Part shown: positions 1-6,586 of the stretch, piece by piece
Numbering within the stretch: the first letter of the stretch is position 1
Layout: every line of letters starts with the position of its first letter
NCBI GenBank assembly: GCA_964565945.1
Contig: CAZMGY010000013.1
Coordinates: 1 to 9,869 of the forward strand
Source: an uncultured bacterium
GTDB lineage: Bacteria; GCA-001730085
DNA: 9,869 nucleotides
Direction of reading: 5' to 3'
Position numbers and translations under genes: made by a program
The notes under the pieces: generated by a model
The model's database searches: none
Seen by the model: the letters and a program-made list of their open reading frames with translations, nothing else
What the model was told of the DNA's origin: nothing

Positions 1-545
1 GCCAAGGATCAAGAGTATCAACGTTTGCAAGAGTCGTATGAAGAGCATCTGAAAAATCGGAAAGCTATGGAGCAAACAGCTAAGCGTTTGCAGGAAGAGA
101 TGCAAAGCCAAGATGAAAAATTTGTAGCTCAAAGGCAGGCATACACAAAGTTGCAACAGTTGCATGAGACTAAGCTTAAAGAACAGCATGGTTTAGAGCA
201 GAATTTGGAATATTTAGAGAAAAAATTACAGTCTCAGCAACGTGAACTTATGGCTAAGGATCAAGAGTATCAACGTTTGCAAGAGTCGTATGAAGAGCAT
301 CTGAAAAATCGGAAAGCTATGGAGCAAACAGCTAAGCGTTTGCAGGAAGAGATGCAAAGCCAAGATGAAAAATTTGTAGCTCAAAGACAGGCATACACAA
401 AGTTGCAACAGTTGCATGAGACTAAGCTTAAAGAACAGCGTGGTTTAGAGCAGAATTTGGAGTATTTAGAGAAAAAATTACAGTCTCAGCAACGTGAACT
501 TACGGCTAAGGATCAAGAGTATCAACGTTTGCAACAGTCGTATGA
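1..545 (+). repeat. In-frame 252-nt (84-aa) tandem repeat inside the coiled-coil CDS: two full copies plus ~41 nt of a third, running off the left edge
   Basis: Copy starts are at 1, 253 and 505 (GCyAAGGATCAAGAGTATCAACGTTTGCAA). Copies 1 and 2 differ at about five positions by hand comparison (e.g. CAT/CGT giving H->R, GAA/GAG, ATG/ACG giving M->T). Copy 3 diverges after ~545 (TCGTATGA|TGATGAATG versus TCGTATGA|AGAGCATCT). Confidence 0.95.
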
Positions 546-3500
546 TGATGAATGTAAAAAACGTCGCGGGGTTCATCAAAACTATGAGCGTTTAGAAAAA
601 GAGTTGACTCAGGTGCAAAAAGAGAACGATCATTTAGAAGATGATCTAGAGGCCAGTCAACAGGATGTCGATCAAGCGCGTAAGAAGTCTTTGAACCTAG
701 AAAAGGTTGCTAGGGATATGCTCAAAGTGCTGCGCCAATTGGAAAGCGAGTTTAGTCATCTTAAGAACCACCTGAAACAGAAAGATGAGATTTTGGTTGG
801 CTCTCAAAATCAGCTAACGAAACAAGATAAGCAGCTCGGTGCATATCGCAAGAATGTTGGAGAGTTGGAAGCCAAGCTGAAAGAGTTGGATTATCAGGCA
901 AGAGAGTTTAAAGTTGAGAAGGACACCCTTGAGGAGCAATATCAGCAAATCAAACGTCGTTCGCAGCGACAGGTAGAACAAAGCACTAAAGCCACGAAGC
1001 ACATAGAGGCTTTGGTGATGCGGTTGAAGTTGCAAGAGAATGATTTGAAAACGTCTCAAAAGGTGATCCAGGATTTGCAGGAGAAACTTAAGGCTCAAGT
1101 GGATGCATTGACGGCGAAAGAACAAGAACTGGCTAAGAGCAAAGAGAAGGTAGAGCAGGTGACGCGCCAATCCTTAGTGGAAATCGAAAGCTTAATCAAT
1201 CACTTGGAAGACAATCGTCGTACTGCGGATAAGGCTAAACTTGAATGGAATGAGCAATTTAAAGTTGAGCAACAGCTTGTTCAAAAACAAAAAGAACAAC
1301 TTAATCAGCAAGCCTCTTTATTGCAACAATGGTCTCAAAGATACGAAAACCTTGCGGCCAAGCTTGGAGGTGTTGAGCAAGAGAATCAGCAGCGCTTGGC
1401 TGAGGTGCAAAATGAGGCGAAGGTAGCGAAGGTGCAATTTGATCACTTGAATCAAGAGTATCAATCTCTGGTCGTCGAATTTCAGAATATGTCTCAGGCA
1501 AGAGAAACAATCGAAGCTCAGATGCGTTCTGCTCAACAAAAAGCGCAAACAAAGGACCTTAAAAACAAAGAGTTGCGTGAGGCGCTTAACCACAGTAAAG
1601 ATAATGCGGTGCAGCAAAACCTGAAGCTCAAGGAACTTGTGCAAAGTAGAGCCGATATTAAAGCCAAAGCAGAGTCAGAAATTCAAAACTTGCAAGAAAA
1701 ACTGCAAAACACCCGTTTGGAAGCCAGTGAGTTATCTCAGGCTCTTAAATTGCTTAAGCAAAATAAATCACTGTTGGATCAGCGTGTTGCCAGAGCCGAA
1801 AAAACTGTATCCTTTCAAGAAAAAAAACTGGAGCGTCTGCATGAAGATCGTCGCAACTTAATTCATAAGGGAGATCAGTTGCTTAAGGATAAGCTAGGCT
1901 TGACCGATAAATTGAGCGCTTCAAAAGAGGAGCTGTTCAAAAAAGAGGGGCAATTGAAAGAAAAAAGTTACTTGCGTCAAAAGCTTCATGAAAAAATCGA
2001 TCGCCTTCATCAGGATTTAAAGGAATTGGCGCAAGCAAGGGACGCTTTGAAGTTCGAATTAAGCCAGGTGCAAAAAACTAAAAGAGAGGTTGAAGTAGTT
2101 CAAGGTCAGTTGGTTCAAAAAAGTAAATTTTTGGAGCAAGAAAAATCTACTCTTGATCAAGAACTTAAGTGCGTGATTGCCGAAAAAATAACAATTAAAC
2201 AAAGAAATAAGGAACTAAGGGGCAAATTGGAGGTTTTTGAGAAAAAAGTCCTTGAGAGAGATACAGCGTTGGCTAGAGCGCAAAAAGATAATGGTTTTGT
2301 TCAAGCATCCTTGCAAAAACTTCAAAATCAATGGAGTGTTTTGAATCAAAAATGGAATGGTCTGCAAGCATGCTACCAGACTGAGACGGAATTACACAAT
2401 AAACTTAAGTCGTTGCACAACGAAACACTGCAGGAGCAGGAAAAACTTGTTGCCGATCTTGATCAAACACGGTCTGAACGGGAGCAAAGTTTGGCCCAAC
2501 TGGACAAGATTAAAGATCATAACGCTCAGTCGAAAGACTATTATGAATCGGTGATTAACCGTTTGAGTGCTGATTTAAGCACTCAGGAAAAGGAAATGAA
2601 AGACTTGGCGGGTGTTCTCGACAAGGAACGTCAGCAAGCCCTGCTTGTTGATCAAAAACTCGAAGCCGCTTCGGCCGAGGTGAATCAGTTAAGAACACAG
2701 GTTATAGTTCAAAAAAATGCCGAAAAAACTTTGCAGAAATCTTTAAGTGATGTAAAAGCTGATTTGGGACAAAAAAAAGAAACGGCTCTTAAGTTGTCTG
2801 GAGAGGTGCAGCAAAGAGATCAAAATTTAGCTCAGCTCGAAAAACAGATTTTGGTGACTGAGCAACAGTTCGATAGTTTAAAGGATCAGTACAGTATGCG
2901 TCTCAAAGATATTGAGCAGCTAGAGGAGGAGTTGGGAAGCACTCAAAGCAATTTTGAAGGATTAAAATCTAAACAAGACCAAATAGAGCAACGCAGCTTA
3001 AGTTTTGAATCGAGCAATATGAAAGTTCAAGAGCAAAATGTGGTATACAAAAAACAAATTCGTCAGCTCGAGAAAGATAAAAAACAATTCGAAAACGAGA
3101 TACGTCAGTACATTCGCAAAATAGAAGATGATTTGCTCAAGATTCAGGAAGAAAACCTGAGTCTTAAGCAAGGCATGAAGGAACTTAAGAATAAGCATTT
3201 AGACTATATCGGTAAGGATGACCATGACCAACGGGTTAAAGAGATCAAAAAGCGGTTGCAGATGATGCAGTTTAAACTAACACGTAGCGAGGATATGCGT
3301 AAGTCGATTGAGGATAATCAGCAACAAGCCAAATCGAAGATTAGCCTTTTGCAAGATAAATTGGCCGACAAGACCAAACAGTACGATGAGCTGAACAATA
3401 AGCTTAAAAAGAAATTTAAAGAGTTTTCGAAGGCGCTTAAAAGCAAGCGTCGCAAAGGTCAAGATCAGGCAATTCTTTTATTGATCGAAGAGTCCGAACG

Positions 3501-3912
3501 GATAAAAGTCGATTATGAGCAAGGTTTAAAGTCTTTGCGGAATGATTTATCCCGCATTCAGAACGAAACAAAAGATAAGGAGCAATATTATTTTTCGTTG
3601 GAAAATCAGTTGAGTGAAACGCAAGAATGTGTGAAACAATTGATCGACGAGAAAAAAGTGTGGATCAAAAAGCGCGTTCAGGCATTGAGCAACAACGGGG
3701 GAAATCCCCAAGTTGTGTCTTTGGCTCGTTTGTTGGATAATATCAAAACAGGCACCGATGATCAAAAAGCAGAGGCCTTGGTGATGTTAGGAAATATTGG
3801 AGACAGTCGTGCGACGCACGAGGTACAATCCTTTTTGCAAGGTGATTCTTCTGGATGGCTCAAACAGTTAGCGAAAGAAGCTTTGGATCTTATTGAAAGG
3901 AAAGTGGCTTAA
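1..3912 (+). CDS. Giant coiled-coil protein, 5'-partial (1303 codons visible), with a C-terminal HEAT-like repeat
   Basis: Frame 1 is open from nt 1. Codons 1-24 (AKDQEYQR) contain no stop and match the sequence at 253-276, so the TTG at 25 used by the ORF track is not the real start and the gene continues upstream. Stop TAA is at 3910-3912. The translation is E/K/Q/L-rich with heptad-like character throughout. No Walker A (GxxxxGK[ST]) is visible. The last ~65 aa (about nt 3712-3909), LARLLDNIKTGTDDQKAEALVMLGNIGDSRATHEVQSFLQGDSSGWLKQLAKEALDLI, fit the HEAT / PBS-lyase HEAT-like pattern (..A..aLG.IGD..a...L...L.d......a..AL). Confidence 0.9.
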   Translation, partial: AKDQEYQRLQESYEEHLKNRKAMEQTAKRLQEEMQSQDEKFVAQRQAYTKLQQLHETKLKEQHGLEQNLEYLEKKLQSQQRELMAKDQEYQRLQESYEEHLKNRKAMEQTAKRLQEEMQSQDEKFVAQRQAYTKLQQLHETKLKEQRGLEQNLEYLEKKLQSQQRELTAKDQEYQRLQQSYDDECKKRRGVHQNYERLEKELTQVQKENDHLEDDLEASQQDVDQARKKSLNLEKVARDMLKVLRQLESEFSHLKNHLKQKDEILVGSQNQLTKQDKQLGAYRKNVGELEAKLKELDYQAREFKVEKDTLEEQYQQIKRRSQRQVEQSTKATKHIEALVMRLKLQENDLKTSQKVIQDLQEKLKAQVDALTAKEQELAKSKEKVEQVTRQSLVEIESLINHLEDNRRTADKAKLEWNEQFKVEQQLVQKQKEQLNQQASLLQQWSQRYENLAAKLGGVEQENQQRLAEVQNEAKVAKVQFDHLNQEYQSLVVEFQNMSQARETIEAQMRSAQQKAQTKDLKNKELREALNHSKDNAVQQNLKLKELVQSRADIKAKAESEIQNLQEKLQNTRLEASELSQALKLLKQNKSLLDQRVARAEKTVSFQEKKLERLHEDRRNLIHKGDQLLKDKLGLTDKLSASKEELFKKEGQLKEKSYLRQKLHEKIDRLHQDLKELAQARDALKFELSQVQKTKREVEVVQGQLVQKSKFLEQEKSTLDQELKCVIAEKITIKQRNKELRGKLEVFEKKVLERDTALARAQKDNGFVQASLQKLQNQWSVLNQKWNGLQACYQTETELHNKLKSLHNETLQEQEKLVADLDQTRSEREQSLAQLDKIKDHNAQSKDYYESVINRLSADLSTQEKEMKDLAGVLDKERQQALLVDQKLEAASAEVNQLRTQVIVQKNAEKTLQKSLSDVKADLGQKKETALKLSGEVQQRDQNLAQLEKQILVTEQQFDSLKDQYSMRLKDIEQLEEELGSTQSNFEGLKSKQDQIEQRSLSFESSNMKVQEQNVVYKKQIRQLEKDKKQFENEIRQYIRKIEDDLLKIQEENLSLKQGMKELKNKHLDYIGKDDHDQRVKEIKKRLQMMQFKLTRSEDMRKSIEDNQQQAKSKISLLQDKLADKTKQYDELNNKLKKKFKEFSKALKSKRRKGQDQAILLLIEESERIKVDYEQGLKSLRNDLSRIQNETKDKEQYYFSLENQLSETQECVKQLIDEKKVWIKKRVQALSNNGGNPQVVSLARLLDNIKTGTDDQKAEALVMLGNIGDSRATHEVQSFLQGDSSGWLKQLAKEALDLIERKVA

Positions 3913-4592
3913 TGCTAAAAGATTCGCGTACACCTAAGAAAAAGACAGATGTGCGGACTTTACTCTATAAAGATATCGAGGGGGACTTTTCTTCGACGAT
4001 GGCGGAAGCATCAACAGAGGAGAAAGTTCTGGGGCGCAAAAGTAGCTCGGTTTTGGAGCAAGAGTTAACTTTGGCTCGTAAGGATATCGACAAATGCTCT
4101 CGTCTCGCCGATAAGTACTATAAAGAGAAACACTTTCTTATGCGTCGTCTTAAGATGAATAAGTCTCAGCTTTTGCGTGAACTTTGGAGCTTTCAGATAC
4201 TTATTCAGACCATGAAAATTGTTCGGTTACCTGGTTTTATTGGAACCGTTTTAACTTTGAATCTTATGTTACTGGTGTACATTATTTTTCAGTCAGGGAT
4301 TGCTCAGCCACAAAAAAAACCTCAGGAACTGGTGAGTTTGAGTCATAGTTTGGAAAAGCCCTACACCATTCAAGTGGATGCTTTTGAATCTTTGGAGCAA
4401 GCGAAAGGGATGGTGGTCGATCTAAAAGGTTTGGGCTATCAGGCTTATATTGGTAAAATGTTTCAAAATAAGAAAGATGTGTATCGTGTGTATGTGGATG
4501 AATTTGCTCATCTGAAGGATGTGCGAAAGGTGATGAAAAAACTCAAAAAAATATCTGCTTATGAAAAAAGTTTTGTGCGCAGAAAGTATTAG
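3912..4592 (+). CDS. Coiled-coil / single-TM / C-terminal SPOR-domain protein (peptidoglycan-binding, septal-type)
   Basis: ATG 3912-3914 overlaps the upstream stop by 1 nt (TAATG). AGGA at 3898-3901 lies 10 nt upstream. There is a hydrophobic helix IVRLPGFIGTVLTLNLMLLVYIIFQSGIA (about nt 4218-4305). The C-terminal sequence YTIQVDAFESLEQAKGMVVDLKGLGYQAYIGKMFQNKKDVYRVYVDEFAHLKDVRKVMKKLKK (about nt 4359-4557) matches the SPOR pattern (Y.vQ.gaF....A......L...G..a.i......YRV.vG.F....a......L). Stop TAG is at 4590-4592. Confidence 0.8.
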   Translation: MLKDSRTPKKKTDVRTLLYKDIEGDFSSTMAEASTEEKVLGRKSSSVLEQELTLARKDIDKCSRLADKYYKEKHFLMRRLKMNKSQLLRELWSFQILIQTMKIVRLPGFIGTVLTLNLMLLVYIIFQSGIAQPQKKPQELVSLSHSLEKPYTIQVDAFESLEQAKGMVVDLKGLGYQAYIGKMFQNKKDVYRVYVDEFAHLKDVRKVMKKLKKISAYEKSFVRRKY

Positions 4593-4594
4593 GT

Positions 4595-5569
4595 GTGATG
4601 ATTCGTTGGTGTGGGGCTATTTGGGGGATTGGGCTAAGCTTAGGGTTGCCTCTCCTTTGGGCCGATACAATTTACTTAAAAAATGGGAAAATTTATCTTG
4701 GGCAGGTGGAAGAGCTTTACGAAGATCGTATTGTTTTGGCCGAAGTGAGTGGAAAACTCACCCTTCAACGTTCCAGCATTCGTAAAATTGTCTATGATGC
4801 CGAAGATAAAAACCTTTTGGCGATGGGCAATCGTTATTTTAAAAAAGATCGTTTTCAAGAAGCTCTCTCCTATTACGAAAAAGCGCTGAAGGTGAATCCT
4901 CAATCCAACGAGGTCAAAGAGGGCATTCTTAAAGTGCGTGGTGTTTTGTTTCGCAAGCGGGAAAAACAGCAATCTAAACAGGTCAACCAACGACGCAATA
5001 TTGACAAATGGAGTGAAACCACCCGCAAGCACTATGTGGCACCTAAAGAAAGTGATCGTGATCCCACAGGTTATGTGGAGCAATTTTTGGGCTTGGCCGT
5101 TACGTGTAAGGATGCGAGTTTTGTTGTTTCGGATGTTGTGCCCGAATCGCCTGCTCAAAAATTACATATCTTTCGTGGTGACACGGTTTACGCTGTGAAT
5201 GGGCAAAAAGTGGGACGGATGTCGATAGATGCACTTTATGGCTTTCTGGCAGGAAATAGAAAGGGCGATTTGAAGCTAACGATTGAGCGCAAAGTTGTTA
5301 TATTACGTGGCAGTCGGAGTTTTTATCAAGGTCCATGGGCTTGGATAGACGCAAAAGTGAGGAAAATCGACAAAGGCTTTCGTGTTCTCTCTGTTAAGAG
5401 CAATGGTAGAGCTGACTTGGCAGGTCTTCGTATTCATGATATAATAACAAACGTTGAAGGAGAACCCTCATTATTTATGTCTATAGAGAGCTTTCAACGC
5501 AAGATTAAGGGTGAGCAAGGATCGCGATTGGTGATGAGAATTATTCGCCAGTTAAAGATTAAGCGGTAA
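4595..5569 (+). CDS. Secreted/periplasmic TPR + tandem PDZ domain protein
   Basis: The start is GTG 4595 or ATG 4598, 2 nt after the upstream stop. The N-terminal signal-like segment is MMIRWCGAIWGIGLSLGLPLLWA|DT. The TPR motif is LLAMGNRYFKKDRFQEALSYYEKALKVNPQSNEV. PDZ-1 (about nt 5084-5302) reads GLAVTCKDASFVVSDVVPESPAQKLHIFRGDTVYAVNGQKV...GDLKLTIERK. PDZ-2 (about nt 5342-5548) reads GFRVLSVKSNGRADLAGLRIHDIITNVEGEP...GSRLVMRIIR. Stop TAA is at 5567-5569. Confidence 0.85.
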   Translation: MMIRWCGAIWGIGLSLGLPLLWADTIYLKNGKIYLGQVEELYEDRIVLAEVSGKLTLQRSSIRKIVYDAEDKNLLAMGNRYFKKDRFQEALSYYEKALKVNPQSNEVKEGILKVRGVLFRKREKQQSKQVNQRRNIDKWSETTRKHYVAPKESDRDPTGYVEQFLGLAVTCKDASFVVSDVVPESPAQKLHIFRGDTVYAVNGQKVGRMSIDALYGFLAGNRKGDLKLTIERKVVILRGSRSFYQGPWAWIDAKVRKIDKGFRVLSVKSNGRADLAGLRIHDIITNVEGEPSLFMSIESFQRKIKGEQGSRLVMRIIRQLKIKR

Positions 5570-5623
5570 TAAGGCTGTGAGGCCCTTAATGTTAAACAAT
5601 AGGTGTATGAGGAGAGTGTTATA

Positions 5624-6160
5624 ATGCGTAAGAAAAAACAAGTTACCAACGAATCCCGCATTTTAGACATTAATACGGATATGCAGGGGACTTTGACTTT
5701 TAAAGAGCCTATGCATTTAACCATTCAAGGCACGTTTGAGGGCTTTTTGGATACCAAAGGATATTTGGAAATTGGGAAAAAAGCACGTATAAAAGGCGAT
5801 ATTCAGGGTGAAGAAATTGTTGTGTCGGGTCATATTGAAGGCAACATTTTTGCCGACAAATTATTGAGAGTGACGGCCACGGGTTCTGTGAAAGGCGATT
5901 TGAACGTCAAAAGCCTTAATTTAGATTTAGGTGCTGTGTTTGAAGGTGTGTGTCGGATGAACAATCTGGAAAATTACGTCCCGGGGCCTGATCAGATGTC
6001 AATTGAAGATGTTGCTCAATACCTAAATGTGGATTCCCAAAAAGTCAAAAAATGGATCGAAGATGGATTATTACCGAGCGAAAATATTGATAATCATTAC
6101 ATTATTTGTCGTTCTGATGTGGATATTTGGGTGAACGATCAAAAAATGCGTATGAGCTAG
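5624..6160 (+). CDS. Bactofilin (polymer-forming cytoskeletal beta-helix) fused to a C-terminal excisionase/MerR-type helix-turn-helix
   Basis: I prefer ATG 5624 (MRKKKQ...), with GAGGAG at 5609-5614 nine nt upstream. The track's GTG 5603 is the longest alternative. The bactofilin-type repeat region (about nt 5663-5960) reads LTFKEPMHLTIQGTFEGFLDTKGYLEIGKKARIKGDIQGEEIVVSGHIEGNIFADKLLRVTATGSVKGDLNVKSLNLDLGAVFEGVCRM, including the typical terminal L.L..GA.FeG.c.M. The HTH_17-like tail (about nt 5996-6134) reads MSIEDVAQYLNVDSQKVKKWIEDGLLPSENIDNHYIICRSDVDIWV. Stop TAG is at 6158-6160. Confidence 0.8.
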   Translation: MRKKKQVTNESRILDINTDMQGTLTFKEPMHLTIQGTFEGFLDTKGYLEIGKKARIKGDIQGEEIVVSGHIEGNIFADKLLRVTATGSVKGDLNVKSLNLDLGAVFEGVCRMNNLENYVPGPDQMSIEDVAQYLNVDSQKVKKWIEDGLLPSENIDNHYIICRSDVDIWVNDQKMRMS

Positions 6161-6171
6161 GGGGGGGGGGG
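6160..6171 (+). repeat. G12 homopolymer bridging the bactofilin stop codon and the next gene's GTG start
   Basis: The sequence reads ...ATGAGCTA[GGGGGGGGGGGG]TGGAAACG. The first G is the last base of stop TAG (6158-6160). The last G is the first base of start GTG (6171-6173). It is the only long G run in an otherwise AT-rich window. Confidence 0.95.
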
Positions 6172-6464
6172 TGGAAACGTTTTTAACCATTCGGGAGGTT
6201 GCAAGAGAGCTGAATGTGAGTGAGGATAACGTGCTCAGCTTGGTCAAAAAAGAGCGTGTGTCGGCGTATCGCATTGGGGGTGAATACATTCGTTTGCGTC
6301 GTGAGGATGTTTTGCAGCTTAAGGATGCTTTTTGGACGGAGCCCTTACCCAAAGAAAAAAAAGGTCGGGGTTTGTGGCAATGGGTCAAAAATAGCAGTAT
6401 TTTTTTTCTTTTGACAGCTGTATGCTTAGGATTAGGTTACTACATTCTTCAGTATCTTCTTTAA
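6171..6464 (+). CDS. Small excisionase/MerR-type HTH protein with a C-terminal transmembrane anchor
   Basis: GTG 6171 is the first possible start after the in-frame TGA at 6153, and it is needed to include the HTH. The poly-G upstream can act as a Shine-Dalgarno-like element. The HTH_17-like sequence is LTIREVARELNVSEDNVLSLVKKERVSAYRIGGEYIRLRREDVLQL. The C-terminal hydrophobic helix is NSSIFFLLTAVCLGLGYYILQYLL. Stop TAA is at 6462-6464. Confidence 0.75.
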   Translation: METFLTIREVARELNVSEDNVLSLVKKERVSAYRIGGEYIRLRREDVLQLKDAFWTEPLPKEKKGRGLWQWVKNSSIFFLLTAVCLGLGYYILQYLL

Positions 6465-6478
6465 ACTAGCCCAACTTT

Positions 6479-6506
6479 TTGAAAATTCATCCTTAGGGAT
6501 TATAAT
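6479..6506 (+). promoter_or_regulatory. Sigma70-like promoter candidate (TTGAAA - 16 nt - TATAAT)
   Basis: TTGAAA lies at 6479-6484, a 16-nt spacer at 6485-6500, and a perfect TATAAT at 6501-6506. The site sits in the AT-rich gap just after the 6464 stop, ~80 nt upstream of the signal-peptide ATG at 6587. This is a motif match only. Confidence 0.35.
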
Positions 6507-6586
6507 AGATAATAGTTATTATTAAATTTTTTTTGTTGAATTAAGTAATAATGAGGTAAAGAAATATGAAATAAGGAAAAGTATTT

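Noticed and set aside
1820-2778. A8 homopolymers inside the coiled-coil CDS (1820-1827 and 2771-2778) as phase-variation switches
   Set aside because: Lys/Glu-rich coding in AT-rich DNA produces such runs by composition alone. Unlike the G12 tract, nothing about their position is special. They are only worth noting as possible sequencing-error sites.
226-3765. Minus-strand ORFs (226..417, 814..1170, 1301..1552, 1318..1644, 2998..3198, 3277..3462, 3547..3765) and out-of-frame plus-strand ORFs (1241..1426, 1637..1861, 2357..2554) nested in the giant CDS
   Set aside because: All lie entirely inside a 3.9-kb uninterrupted frame-1 ORF. Their translations are L/F/I-rich, low-complexity mirror images of the E/K/Q-rich coiled-coil codons. 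None has an RBS or a domain signal.
1-3912. Calling the giant coiled-coil protein SMC, MukB or RecN
   Set aside because: No Walker A/B, signature motif or hinge is visible in the 1303 visible residues, and the C-terminus is HEAT-like, not an ABC head. The N-terminus is outside the window, so only a generic coiled-coil call is justified.
4561-5198. Nested ORFs 4561..4785 (+), 4676..5158 (-) and 4938..5198 (+)
   Set aside because: They overlap the TPR/PDZ CDS, whose frame carries clear domain motifs. These ORFs have no motifs and are explained as frame shadows.
5570-5588. Small hairpin TAAGGC-TGTGAG-GCCCTTA after the PDZ gene as a terminator
   Set aside because: The stem is only ~6 bp with a bulge and is not followed by a T tract. 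It is at most a weak attenuator or mRNA-stability element, so I did not use it to split the operon.
5494-5724. Minus-strand ORF 5494..5724 spanning the PDZ/bactofilin intergenic gap
   Set aside because: It overlaps the ends of two well-supported + strand genes, has no RBS, and its sequence is not protein-like.
6071-6414. ORFs 6071..6388 (-) and 6220..6414 (+)
   Set aside because: They overlap the HTH-TM CDS, whose frame contains a clear HTH_17-like motif and a TM helix. The alternatives are low-complexity S/R/K-rich shadows.
5996-6464. Excisionase-type HTH genes as evidence of a prophage or integrative element
   Set aside because: No integrase, att-like repeats, phage genes or transposase are in the window. 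One HTH is fused to a bactofilin and the other to a TM helix, which points to a cellular role and not a mobile one.
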